From an uncultured Gammaproteobacteria bacterium (GTDB lineage Bacteria > Pseudomonadota > Gammaproteobacteria > JAURND01), in assembly GCA_963714975.1 (NCBI GenBank), contig CAVQQD010000002.1, positions 928,001 to 992,000 of the forward strand: a stretch of 64,000 bases of DNA. Direction: 5' to 3'. The position numbers and the translations under genes are program-made. Positions 1 through 8,700 of this stretch are shown here, one piece after another. Below the pieces are notes generated by a model. It worked only from the letters and a program-made list of their open reading frames with translations. It did not search any database and had not been told where the DNA came from. The first letter of the stretch is position 1, and each line of letters begins with the position of its first letter.

Positions 1-483
1 CGAACAGATCAATATGGAGGGTCAGTAGCTAATCGGGTTCGGTTTGTAATAGAGCTATTACAAGCCATGGCCAGTGTTCAAGGTGCCGATAAAATAGGGA
101 TTAGGATCTGGCCTGGTAGTACCTTCAATGATATTCACGATGAGAATCCCATTGAGACTCATAGTCTGTTATTGCAGGAAATTAATCAAATAAAGCTTGC
201 CTATGTTCATGTCGTTCGCTCCCCCATTGCCACCCTGGATGCTTTTAAACTGGTTCGAGAGCATTTTCGGGGGATGTGTATTATCAATGGGGATCTTAAC
301 CTGTCTGCTGCTCAAGCCATCATTGATTCAGGCTTAGGTGACTTGGTTTCATTCGGAGCTTTGTATGTGGCGAACCCAGATTTAATAGAACGTTTGCGTC
401 AAAATGCGCCCCTGAACGCCTTGGACGAAAGTACACTCTACACCGCCGGGGCAAAAGGCTATATTGATTATCCAAGGCTATGA
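1..483 (+). CDS. Old yellow enzyme family alkene reductase (NemA-like), 5'-truncated by window edge
   Basis: Frame is open from base 1: RTDQYGGSVANRVRF (OYE motif), then DLVSFG..YVANPDL..RL and C-terminal TLY...KGYIDYP. Confidence 0.9.
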   Translation, partial: RTDQYGGSVANRVRFVIELLQAMASVQGADKIGIRIWPGSTFNDIHDENPIETHSLLLQEINQIKLAYVHVVRSPIATLDAFKLVREHFRGMCIINGDLNLSAAQAIIDSGLGDLVSFGALYVANPDLIERLRQNAPLNALDESTLYTAGAKGYIDYPRL

Positions 484-719
484 TGTTTTTCTAATTGAGC
501 AAAATACACTGCAATATCAGAGCGTAATAAAACCTTAGAAATAACTCGCCCGGGCGTTAATTCGGCACTTGCTTGCTCTAACCGTTCCGCCAATCGCCAA
601 CTTGATACTCGGTAACCACTCGCCAATTGCCTTAGATAAGTTACCTTAGTACCCGCAGCCTGGGCTACTGCTTCTCGTTCTCTTGGATTCGTGCTTTTTA
701 GCCACATTTTCATTTCCAT
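468..719 (-). CDS. Cro/YdaS-like HTH transcriptional regulator (prophage-type)
   Basis: 83 aa; REAVAQAAGTKVTYLRQLASGYRVSSWRLAERLEQAS...LRSDI resembles Cro-like proteins. Confidence 0.7.
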   Translation of the reverse strand: MEMKMWLKSTNPREREAVAQAAGTKVTYLRQLASGYRVSSWRLAERLEQASAELTPGRVISKVLLRSDIAVYFAQLEKHHSLG

Positions 720-725
720 GGGCTA

Positions 726-755
726 ACTTTAGCTAATAACTAAATTAATTGTCAA
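726..755 (-). promoter_or_regulatory. Sigma70 promoter for cro-like gene, probably leaderless transcript
   Basis: Minus strand TTGACA(755-750)-18 bp-TAAAGT(731-726), with 6 nt to the ATG at 719. Confidence 0.55.
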
Positions 756-1095
756 GCAAAAGGACTTAATGGCTACTTAATATAGTAGCCAAAATAACAA
801 AATAAAGAAAAAAAAGTAATGCTGGTGACTTCTCACTTCCATGGAACTCCATCCATGGAGCTTTATCCCACTTCAATTACATCCTGTTGCGGTTCCCTAC
901 GCTCAATTGCTTAAGGGTGCTTATTAGAACACGGTCTTAATGAGAAGAATGTCATCCTTTGGCGAAACAAAAATGCAAAAATTGGGATAAGTAAAGAAAC
1001 TAATTGCAGAAAACAGGGAAGCGACCAGGTTTGTCGCACCCCGTTCGGGATGACAAAGAGACGGTATATCCCTGCTTCCTGCAGCGACGAGGTGG

Positions 1096-1827
1096 CTAAG
1101 ATTTTAACGCCTCAACTAAGGCTATTGGGTCTGAAAAAAAAGGAGAATGATCCGTGTTAAGGGTGATTGCATCAGCATTAATATTACGGAACATCCGTCG
1201 TTGATCAGCTATTGGAACTGCATTATCCAGTACGCATTCAATATAAGCTTTCTTCACCTTCCCAAATTTTTCTGCTGAAATTGTTATCGCATCAAGAAAG
1301 GGTTGATAGGGTTCTTTTTGCAAGCGCGCCAGCGCAAAATGAATGGCTTCTTCAGGGCAGGCATTATAAAAAATATCTGCCAATTTTATTGATTCCACCA
1401 GATTTATTTCATTTTCCTGCTTATTAAGAGAGGTTTCCAGGGAGAGAGCGTGGTTACTCGATTTTTTGGCTTCTTCTAATAAACTGCCGTTATTTTCTGG
1501 AATGAACGCAGCTAAATAAATTAATTTCTCAATTTTCTCAGGGATATTTTCAGCCACTTGGGAAATAATAACCCCGGCCATGCTGTGCCCAAGAAGAATT
1601 ACCGGCATTTCCTGCGCCTGTACCAGATCAGTAATAAAATCTACATAAGATCGCAAATTAATTTGTGTAAAAGCTGTGTTATCTCGACCATGCCCTGGCA
1701 AATCTGGCGTAACAATCTTCACTCCCGGAGCTAACAAAAGAGGAACTACTTCGCGCCAACACCAACTGGCGTGCCAAGCTCCATGAATTAAAATATAAGT
1801 TTTTTCAATAGTTGCTTCCACGGACAC
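1096..1827 (-). CDS. Alpha/beta hydrolase (SABP2/methylesterase-like); probable GTG start at 1827
   Basis: LIHGAWHASWCW, GHSMAG nucleophile elbow, DNAVP and DHSPFFS; GAGG SD before GTG 1827; the upstream part of the ORF-track call overlaps the FadL-like tail. Confidence 0.85.
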   Translation of the reverse strand: MSVEATIEKTYILIHGAWHASWCWREVVPLLLAPGVKIVTPDLPGHGRDNTAFTQINLRSYVDFITDLVQAQEMPVILLGHSMAGVIISQVAENIPEKIEKLIYLAAFIPENNGSLLEEAKKSSNHALSLETSLNKQENEINLVESIKLADIFYNACPEEAIHFALARLQKEPYQPFLDAITISAEKFGKVKKAYIECVLDNAVPIADQRRMFRNINADAITLNTDHSPFFSDPIALVEALKS

Positions 1828-1870
1828 AAGCACCTCATTATTGCGTTTTGTTCTTTTTGCTAAGACTTGA

Positions 1871-2812
1871 TTATGCATTGACGGTAATACGAAAGCCAAG
1901 GATATTATTATCTGCTGCCACAACTCCCTTGCTAAGAACACCGCCAGCAGGATGATTATTAATGGGGGAATTATCAAAAAATGTATGTGCATATTCAAAT
2001 CTTATGGCGACTACTTGTGTGAGTTGATATTCAGCAGAAGCATAGAGCAAAGTTGAACTCTCATCAGGGGTCGTAATAGTGTGGTCTATGTTATTAGTAG
2101 GAGTAATGAAGTTTCAACATCATTGGTTGGGACAAAGCTTGCATAGGTACTTCTTCCGCTCATATGAGGAGTTAAAGCTGAAAAAATAACTTATCCCAAC
2201 AAAAGTAGGCTCAAAAAGATGATAATAAATACCGGCATGCCAGCCTGTGGCCCAGCCTGAAACATCAATAGAAGAAAATAGATCCGTCACAGCAGATGGG
2301 TGCATTTTATCCATGATCAGTGAAAGGTACAAAATATCTACGCCTATGCCCACGGAAAGTTTGGACCAACTGCCACTAAACTGATAGGCGATATTAGGTT
2401 GGATATCAGCTGAATTGGTTTTTAATTCCGTCGAAGCATAGCGGACGACAGAATTAGTAGGCCATGCAACCAAAAGCACAAATGGTTCGGTTATATCTAC
2501 CCCTATAACGACTTGGTCCGATAACCGCTTTGCAAAGCGACCATAAGGTATGATTAAAGTATTGCCAGTGCTGGTGGCGGTGCCTACAGTAAGGACCTGA
2601 GTAGCCTGAGGGCTTGGTGCAATTACTTTGCCTGCAAAAGTGCGAATTGGCATCAATAAGCCACCACCAAAGATCACTTGCATATTTTTCTTGACAGCAT
2701 CAGTTAATTCAGCCGGGTTCCCAAAATTAAGCCCCCAAAAACTTTGGTAAGTACTAGCCCAACTAGTATTGGCCATTCCCAATAAGAGGATTAAAATTAA
2801 TTGCCTGAGCAT
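1871..2812 (-). pseudogene. FadL/OmpP1-family outer membrane transporter, frameshifted and internally deleted
   Basis: Signal peptide, NPAEL, ITEPF..., DIQPNIAYQF, GWHAGIYY; frame lost at the T-run near 2181-2186; another frame gives a barrel C-terminus (TPDESSTLLYASAEYQL...ILGFRITVNA*) ending 1871. Confidence 0.65.
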
Positions 2813-2899
2813 AACACGACTTCCCTTTCGTCATTGAGAATGTAAAAAAATTTGCTATACTGTATTAAATTTAGTCAAATATAAAAACCTTGAGGCAAC

Positions 2900-3658
2900 A
2901 TGATAAAAAGTTTAAAAATAATTCTTTTTATGAGTATTTTCGCTGCCGTTATTACTGCTTGTGCTAATAATGTTAATAAACTTCCCAATGGCTTTGTATT
3001 CTTAGCAGATATTGATCCCACGATCATAGAAAATAGCCGATACTACACGGATCAAAATTTCTTGGGTAGGCCCATTGCTGGGTACAACGCCAGCAAAATT
3101 ATATGTACTAAAGAAGCAGCTGAACAATTAAAAAAAGCGCAGGAATTTTTCAAAAGTCAGGGGTACAAACTGGTCATTTACGATGGTTATAGACCGCAAG
3201 CTGCGGTTGATGACTTTAAGCGCTGGGGCGAAAATCCAAAGGATACTATAGCTAAAGCTTATTACTATCCTAATCTCAGCAAAAAAGCACTATTTAAACT
3301 AGGATATGTAGGAGATCAACACTCTTCTCATAGTCGAGGAAGTACTTTTGATTTAACCCTGATAAAAGCTAACCAGAGCTTAAAACTCCTAAGCTATTCT
3401 AAGCGCAGGCTAAAAAATGGAGAAGAAATCCCCTTTTTAGATGATAACACTGTCGATATGGGATCCAGTTTTGACCTGTTTCACGAAGTTTCACATCATG
3501 ATAGCCCTTTGGTACAACCCTCTCAGACCCAAATGCGCAATTTTTTACGGGAAACCATGAAACAATATGGCTTCGATGAATATCAATATGAATGGTGGCA
3601 TTATACATTACACAACGAGCCCTATCCGGAAACTTACTTTAGTTTTAATGTCAGCTAA
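2900..3658 (+). CDS. ddpX: D-Ala-D-Ala dipeptidase (VanX/DdpX, peptidase M15D), putative lipoprotein
   Basis: YDGYRPQ, SSHSRGSTFDLTL, DMGSSFD and EWWHY motifs; lipobox-like ITAC. Confidence 0.9.
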   Translation: MIKSLKIILFMSIFAAVITACANNVNKLPNGFVFLADIDPTIIENSRYYTDQNFLGRPIAGYNASKIICTKEAAEQLKKAQEFFKSQGYKLVIYDGYRPQAAVDDFKRWGENPKDTIAKAYYYPNLSKKALFKLGYVGDQHSSHSRGSTFDLTLIKANQSLKLLSYSKRRLKNGEEIPFLDDNTVDMGSSFDLFHEVSHHDSPLVQPSQTQMRNFLRETMKQYGFDEYQYEWWHYTLHNEPYPETYFSFNVS

Positions 3659-3660
3659 TC

Positions 3661-3820
3661 AGAATAACCAAGTTTCAGTTTCTTCATCATACAAACGTCT
3701 GACTTCATAGTCTTCAAAAATAGTTAAATCATTTTTCATAGAAAGAAATCCTTGCATTATGATAGAAAGGTAAATAATTCGGTTAATTATATACTGATTA
3801 TCCAAAACAAAAACCCCGTA
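3661..3820 (-). pseudogene. 5' fragment plus upstream region of a BRO-family gene
   Basis: MKNDLTIFEDYEVRRLYDEETETWLF matches the start of 25515-26369; nucleotide similarity to 26291-26450. Confidence 0.8.
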
Positions 3821-3832
3821 GTCCGATCATGC

Positions 3833-4765
3833 TCATTGTGTTATGTTGATATCCAACCCCAAAATACTACGCCAGCCCAGCTGATTCGAGTCAATTGCTT
3901 TAATTGGGGTGACATCGTGCCATAGCGCATGATCTTTATTTTCAGCAATCATTGCATTACCTTTGGTAGTTAAGTCTCTCATAAATATACCTTCACCTAC
4001 CCCAAGCGTCGTGCGGTAAAGCTCTTGTATTTTATCAGGCGCATAAATACTGCTTTCAGCACCTGAAACCTGATGTTTTTCAATCACTAAAGCGGAAACA
4101 ATATAATCTGCGCCATCTTGATGCATACCTTCAGGTGCATTGGTCGCAATATGACCAGGACTGGTGAATACTTGCATTTGATGAACAATTATCTCTATTT
4201 TTGAAACCGCAGGATGCCATGGTAATAATAATTGCGTTACCATTGATTTTAAAAATTGATGCAGCAGAGGATTTTGAATAAATTCTGGCCTGCTAGGTGT
4301 AATATTTCTCTCAATACTCCGATAATCCTGATATAGAAAATACTGCTTAAAAGCACCCATTGGTGCATGGTTTATGGCAATGCTTTCGGATAAAATCTCT
4401 AGTTCAAACCGGCAAATTGCTCTTTTTCTTAAGGGTCTAATTGTCTTAAAATATTCCAAATCATTATTCTCTAGTTGATTTAAAATGAAATTTAATTCCT
4501 CGATGCTTTTATTGCCACGATAATAATCAACAAAAATATTATCCAGCCTTTCAGATAGTTGAGAATTTGTTAATTTTGAACGCAAAAATTCAAGATGACT
4601 ACGTCGATAATCATATAAATCAGGAGCTAAATCAGCAAAGCTTGAGCTAATTTGCGCAATAAATGATTGGCTGTCTAGCCCTAATTGGGAAACATTAAAA
4701 TGGACAATAGAACCCCAGGGTGTTTCTAAATGGAGTAGAAATCCTGTTTTTTGGTGAGCTTTCAT
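3833..4765 (-). CDS. 2OG-Fe(II) dioxygenase family protein (2OG-Fe_Oxy_2-like)
   Basis: NAPEGMHQDGADY (HxD), LWHDVTPI and RSILGLD. Confidence 0.8.
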   Translation of the reverse strand: MKAHQKTGFLLHLETPWGSIVHFNVSQLGLDSQSFIAQISSSFADLAPDLYDYRRSHLEFLRSKLTNSQLSERLDNIFVDYYRGNKSIEELNFILNQLENNDLEYFKTIRPLRKRAICRFELEILSESIAINHAPMGAFKQYFLYQDYRSIERNITPSRPEFIQNPLLHQFLKSMVTQLLLPWHPAVSKIEIIVHQMQVFTSPGHIATNAPEGMHQDGADYIVSALVIEKHQVSGAESSIYAPDKIQELYRTTLGVGEGIFMRDLTTKGNAMIAENKDHALWHDVTPIKAIDSNQLGWRSILGLDINITQ

Positions 4766-4878
4766 GAGGCCACCTAAATGGTAATATGAGCGTGGTATCT
4801 GTTAAGTATAGACGAGTTCAAACGGAATGATCTAACCGCTTTGCTACACGATTCTTACTCACAAATTACACCAGCCTC

Positions 4879-5142
4879 AAAAAAGGCCAGAACCCCCCTG
4901 TTTTACTGGAGATTCTGGCCTTCTCTGGACATCTTAAGATTGAAACTTGGTGGGGCGGCGAGAATCGAACTCGCGTCCGCAAATCCTCTACCGTCGGTTC
5001 TACATGTGTAGCCTCATCATTTATATAACTAACTAGCGCCCAATGGGCAAGGAAACTAGCTAGCGAGTCTTCTTAATTTAGCAGTTTAAGCGAAGACGCC
5101 TTAAACTACGATCTTATGTGGAATAACCACTGAGGAAGGTCC
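4879..5142 (-). repeat. Displaced copy of ssrA 3' 195 nt plus downstream terminator (attR-like direct repeat of 27647-27913)
   Basis: Near-identical to 27647-27913; 1-nt deletion in the acceptor stem and a few substitutions. Confidence 0.95.
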
Positions 5143-5270
5143 GGGGCTGGGTACTGATTGAATCAGACGTAACATGGTCTCAGAATTGGCCACATCGGTA
5201 AAGTACTTTTTACCATCCGCCGCCTCCAATTTCAGTCGGTGACAATTTGTCACCGACTCACTACCTTCTG
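5143..5270 (-). pseudogene. Internal fragment of BRO-family gene
   Basis: EGSESVTNCHRLKLEAADGKKYFTDVANSETMLRLIQSVPSP parallels EGSEVVTNCHQLKMTAEDGKLRLTDVANAETLLRLIQSVPSP of 25515-26369. Confidence 0.85.
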
Positions 5271-5720
5271 CCACGATAAGCATTTGATCTCAGTGCACCT
5301 GTAGATTTCAGGGTGTTCAGAATAGATTTTGGGTGACTGTTTGGGGTGACTGTGCTACTAATATCCATGAGTGCTTCCTTTTGTTTTTGTTTGCTTTTTT
5401 CACGAAAACAAACATACTCTAATTTGGAAGCACTTTTCATTTAAATTATTGGTTATACATCACTTTTGGTTAGGTTAGCGCCATTGGCCTATCTGCTCAC
5501 ACTTAGTATTGATACCTATTGCACCCAAGTAACTCAACAAGTACTTTTTATAGCAATGGCTATCGAGAAAAAAATCAATCATGAAAACATATTAAAAACA
5601 GCTGACAACCCCTTCCCCCGTCTATATGTTTTACTTGACTATCACTTAAATTATCAGTTTCCAGACCAAAAATAACTAATCTGGCACGAATAATTGCTCT
5701 ATACCTTTCAGTTAAATTAC

Positions 5721-8700
5721 TCAAAAACTAATCTTCTCAAGAATATTATAATGATGACAATCCAGTTCGTAGATTTTGAAATGCCTAACATAATTGTCTA
5801 GATTATTAGCGATTGTATCAACATAATATTGGTGGATCTTAAAATTAAAATCAATTGCTTCCTGAGAACTGTCTGGATTTATATTTTTTAACTGGGTATG
5901 GTCAACCCTAATATTAGCTTTAATTAATTTAATCTCTGTACCTTCGAACAATCCACTACAGCCCTTGGGATCATATTTATAGTTAATATCTTGATAAACT
6001 TCTTTAGGAATATTCATATCTTTACAAATATCATGAATTGCTTTTTTATAGTTAAAATAAGAATCTAATAAAATTAATTTACTAACTGCATGGCCACTTT
6101 GTTTCAATTGCCGGGTTATTTCAAATGCCAAGACGCCACCAAAACTCCACCCCAAAAAATTATAGGGCCCTTTAGGTTGAATTTTCTGTAATTGCAAAGT
6201 GTAATATTTAGCTAATTCTTCAAAAGTCAATTTACTTTGTAATAACTGATTGTCTTTTACATGATGTAAAAAATTATTAAAAATAACCAGTTTTTTATTT
6301 TTAAACTTTGGCAATAAATGATTATAGTATGACTCAGCGCCTCCATGTCCCGGCGGAAAAATGAATAACGGATCTTCATTAACATCTTCATTAACTATTT
6401 CAAATGGAATAAAATTCGCAAAATCGCTTTGGGTATTTTCCTGCTCGCCGTCTCTAAGTACAGTAATGCAATGCTTGATTATATTTTTCAAATGATACTC
6501 GAATCGAATTGTAACGAGCCGAGTTATTTTTTTGCCAAGTCGTGTCACAATATTAAAATGTAATTGTCCTTCTGAAACATAACCGCTAATATTAATAAGT
6601 GTACTATCCTGGTTATCTTGATGCATGCTTAATCCCGAATCATCCAATGATATTTGCCAATCTCCTTCCTGCTTATCAAATTGCCCTAAATAATTAAACC
6701 TAATGGGCGGTAGTTTATTAAAAGCAATTGAGCTATTCTCCACCACACTAAAACTGCCATAACCTAATCCTTTATGCGGAATTAATCTTAAGCTTTCTTT
6801 AATATGCTTGATGCTTGCTCTGACCGTATCCTGTAATTCTAACTTCACAGGATACATAATGGTGAACCAACCCACGGTGTAAGAATGATCAATGCTTTCA
6901 TCAATGTGTTCACGGCCATGTCCTTCTAAAGTAATTCCATTAACAGTAGATCCTTGCCAGTCTTTTAAGGCATAAGCCAATGCGGTTAATAGCAAATCAT
7001 TAATCTCCGTGTGGTATGCCTGATTGGCTTTTTGTAACAATTGTTGGGTTATGGTCTTCGGTAGTTTAATCTCTCCTAGCTCTGGTTCATAAATTTCACT
7101 TCTTGAATAATTAGGCAACGAATCTAAAATGCCGTTCCAATAATCAGCTTCATGTTTATGACTCAAGTGATATAGTTCAACTACCTTGACCCACTGACGA
7201 TAACTACTAGCTTTGTTACCTAACACTTCTCCCTTATATAGCCTATGAATATCGTCAGCCAATATTCTCCAGCTGACCGTATCGACAATTAAATGATGCA
7301 GAGCAAAATAAATTCTTGCACTACCATCGGGATAACCTGAAATATAACCTATTTGAAATAATGGACCCTTTGCTAAATCAAATTCCGATTGCCATAAAGT
7401 TAATCGTTGATTAATTTGCTCACTACTCTGATGATTGATTTGCAATCTTTTTAATCCTGAAAATGAGATATTTCTTTGATAAGATTGCGACCACTTATTT
7501 TCTTTTTGATTAAAAATCACCCGGAGAATATCATGCTGCTCGACTAGTTTCTCTATACACGACTCTAATTTATCCTCATCTAATTCAGGAACTCTAATCA
7601 GAAAACTTTGATTCCAATGCCAAGGTCGTTTAAATTTATCTGTAGAAACCTGATCAAAAAACCATTGTTGAATTGGTAATAAATCAAATGTTCCTTCCAG
7701 CAATCCTTGCTCACGCTGAATTTTTAGCGACGGAGTTGTGCTTTCTAATAAATATTGCGCCAGCTTCTCTACGGTACGATGTATAAATATATCTTTCACA
7801 CCACAGTTAATATTTAATTGACGTAGTCGAGAGCTTAACTGAATGCTTGAGATTGAATCACCACCTAACCGAAAGAAATCATCGCCTATGCTAATCTTAT
7901 CAACTGGTAACCCAAGCACTGCTGCATAGACCTCACTTATTTGTTTTTCCAATTCATTGCGTGGAGCAATATAATGATCTGCGCTAACAAATTCAGGGTC
8001 GGGTAATGCTTTTCGATCCAGCTTGCCATTGATGGTTAATGGCAATTTATCCAGCCAGACTAAAGCACTGGGGATCATGTAGTCTGGTAATTGCTGAGAC
8101 AGATAATTAAGCATAGCATTGTGATTTAGTGATCTATCTGCTACATAATACCCAACTAAATATTTATTTCCAGTGGGTAAGCCGCTTTCATTTAAGTGTT
8201 CTCTAGCCAACACCGCGGCCTGCTTGATTTCTGGATAGCTAGACAGTTTAGCTTCAATTTCACCCAACTCAATGCGGAATCCTCTAATTTTTACCTGGAA
8301 ATCATTCCTGCCAATGTATTCAATATTACCATCAGCTAAATAACGCACTAAATCACCGGTTTTATATAAATGGGCATTCTTGTTAGTCGCCTTTTCTTGC
8401 TCCGTTTGAAATGGATTAGCAATGAATTTTTCAGCCGTTAATTCCGGCAAATTCAAATAACCACGCGCTAAGCCAGCTCCACCTACATACAGTTCACCTA
8501 TTGCACCTATGGGCAATGGATTGAGACCAGCATCCACTATATAAATGTTCTGATCCGGAATTCGTCTTCCTATATATGAATTATTTCCTAAGTCTTCTGC
8601 TGCAATGGGCTTGTAAGTTACATGAACTGTTGTCTCAGTTATTCCATACATATTCACTAATAGCGGCTTGGTATAGCCATAAACATCGAACCACGGTTGT

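Noticed and set aside
820-1000. TCCATGGA repeats and possible sRNA
   Set aside because: Too short to distinguish from chance; no clear promoter-terminator pair
2900-3658. Vancomycin-resistance van cluster with ddl
   Set aside because: No vanH/vanRS; ddl is 24 kb away in the murC-murB operon and looks like ordinary DdlA
4948-5142. Second functional or permuted two-piece tmRNA
   Set aside because: Lacks the 5' acceptor strand and tag ORF, and has a damaged acceptor stem
5101-5283. 60-aa ORF as a real gene
   Set aside because: Chimera of a BRO fragment read into the ssrA copy
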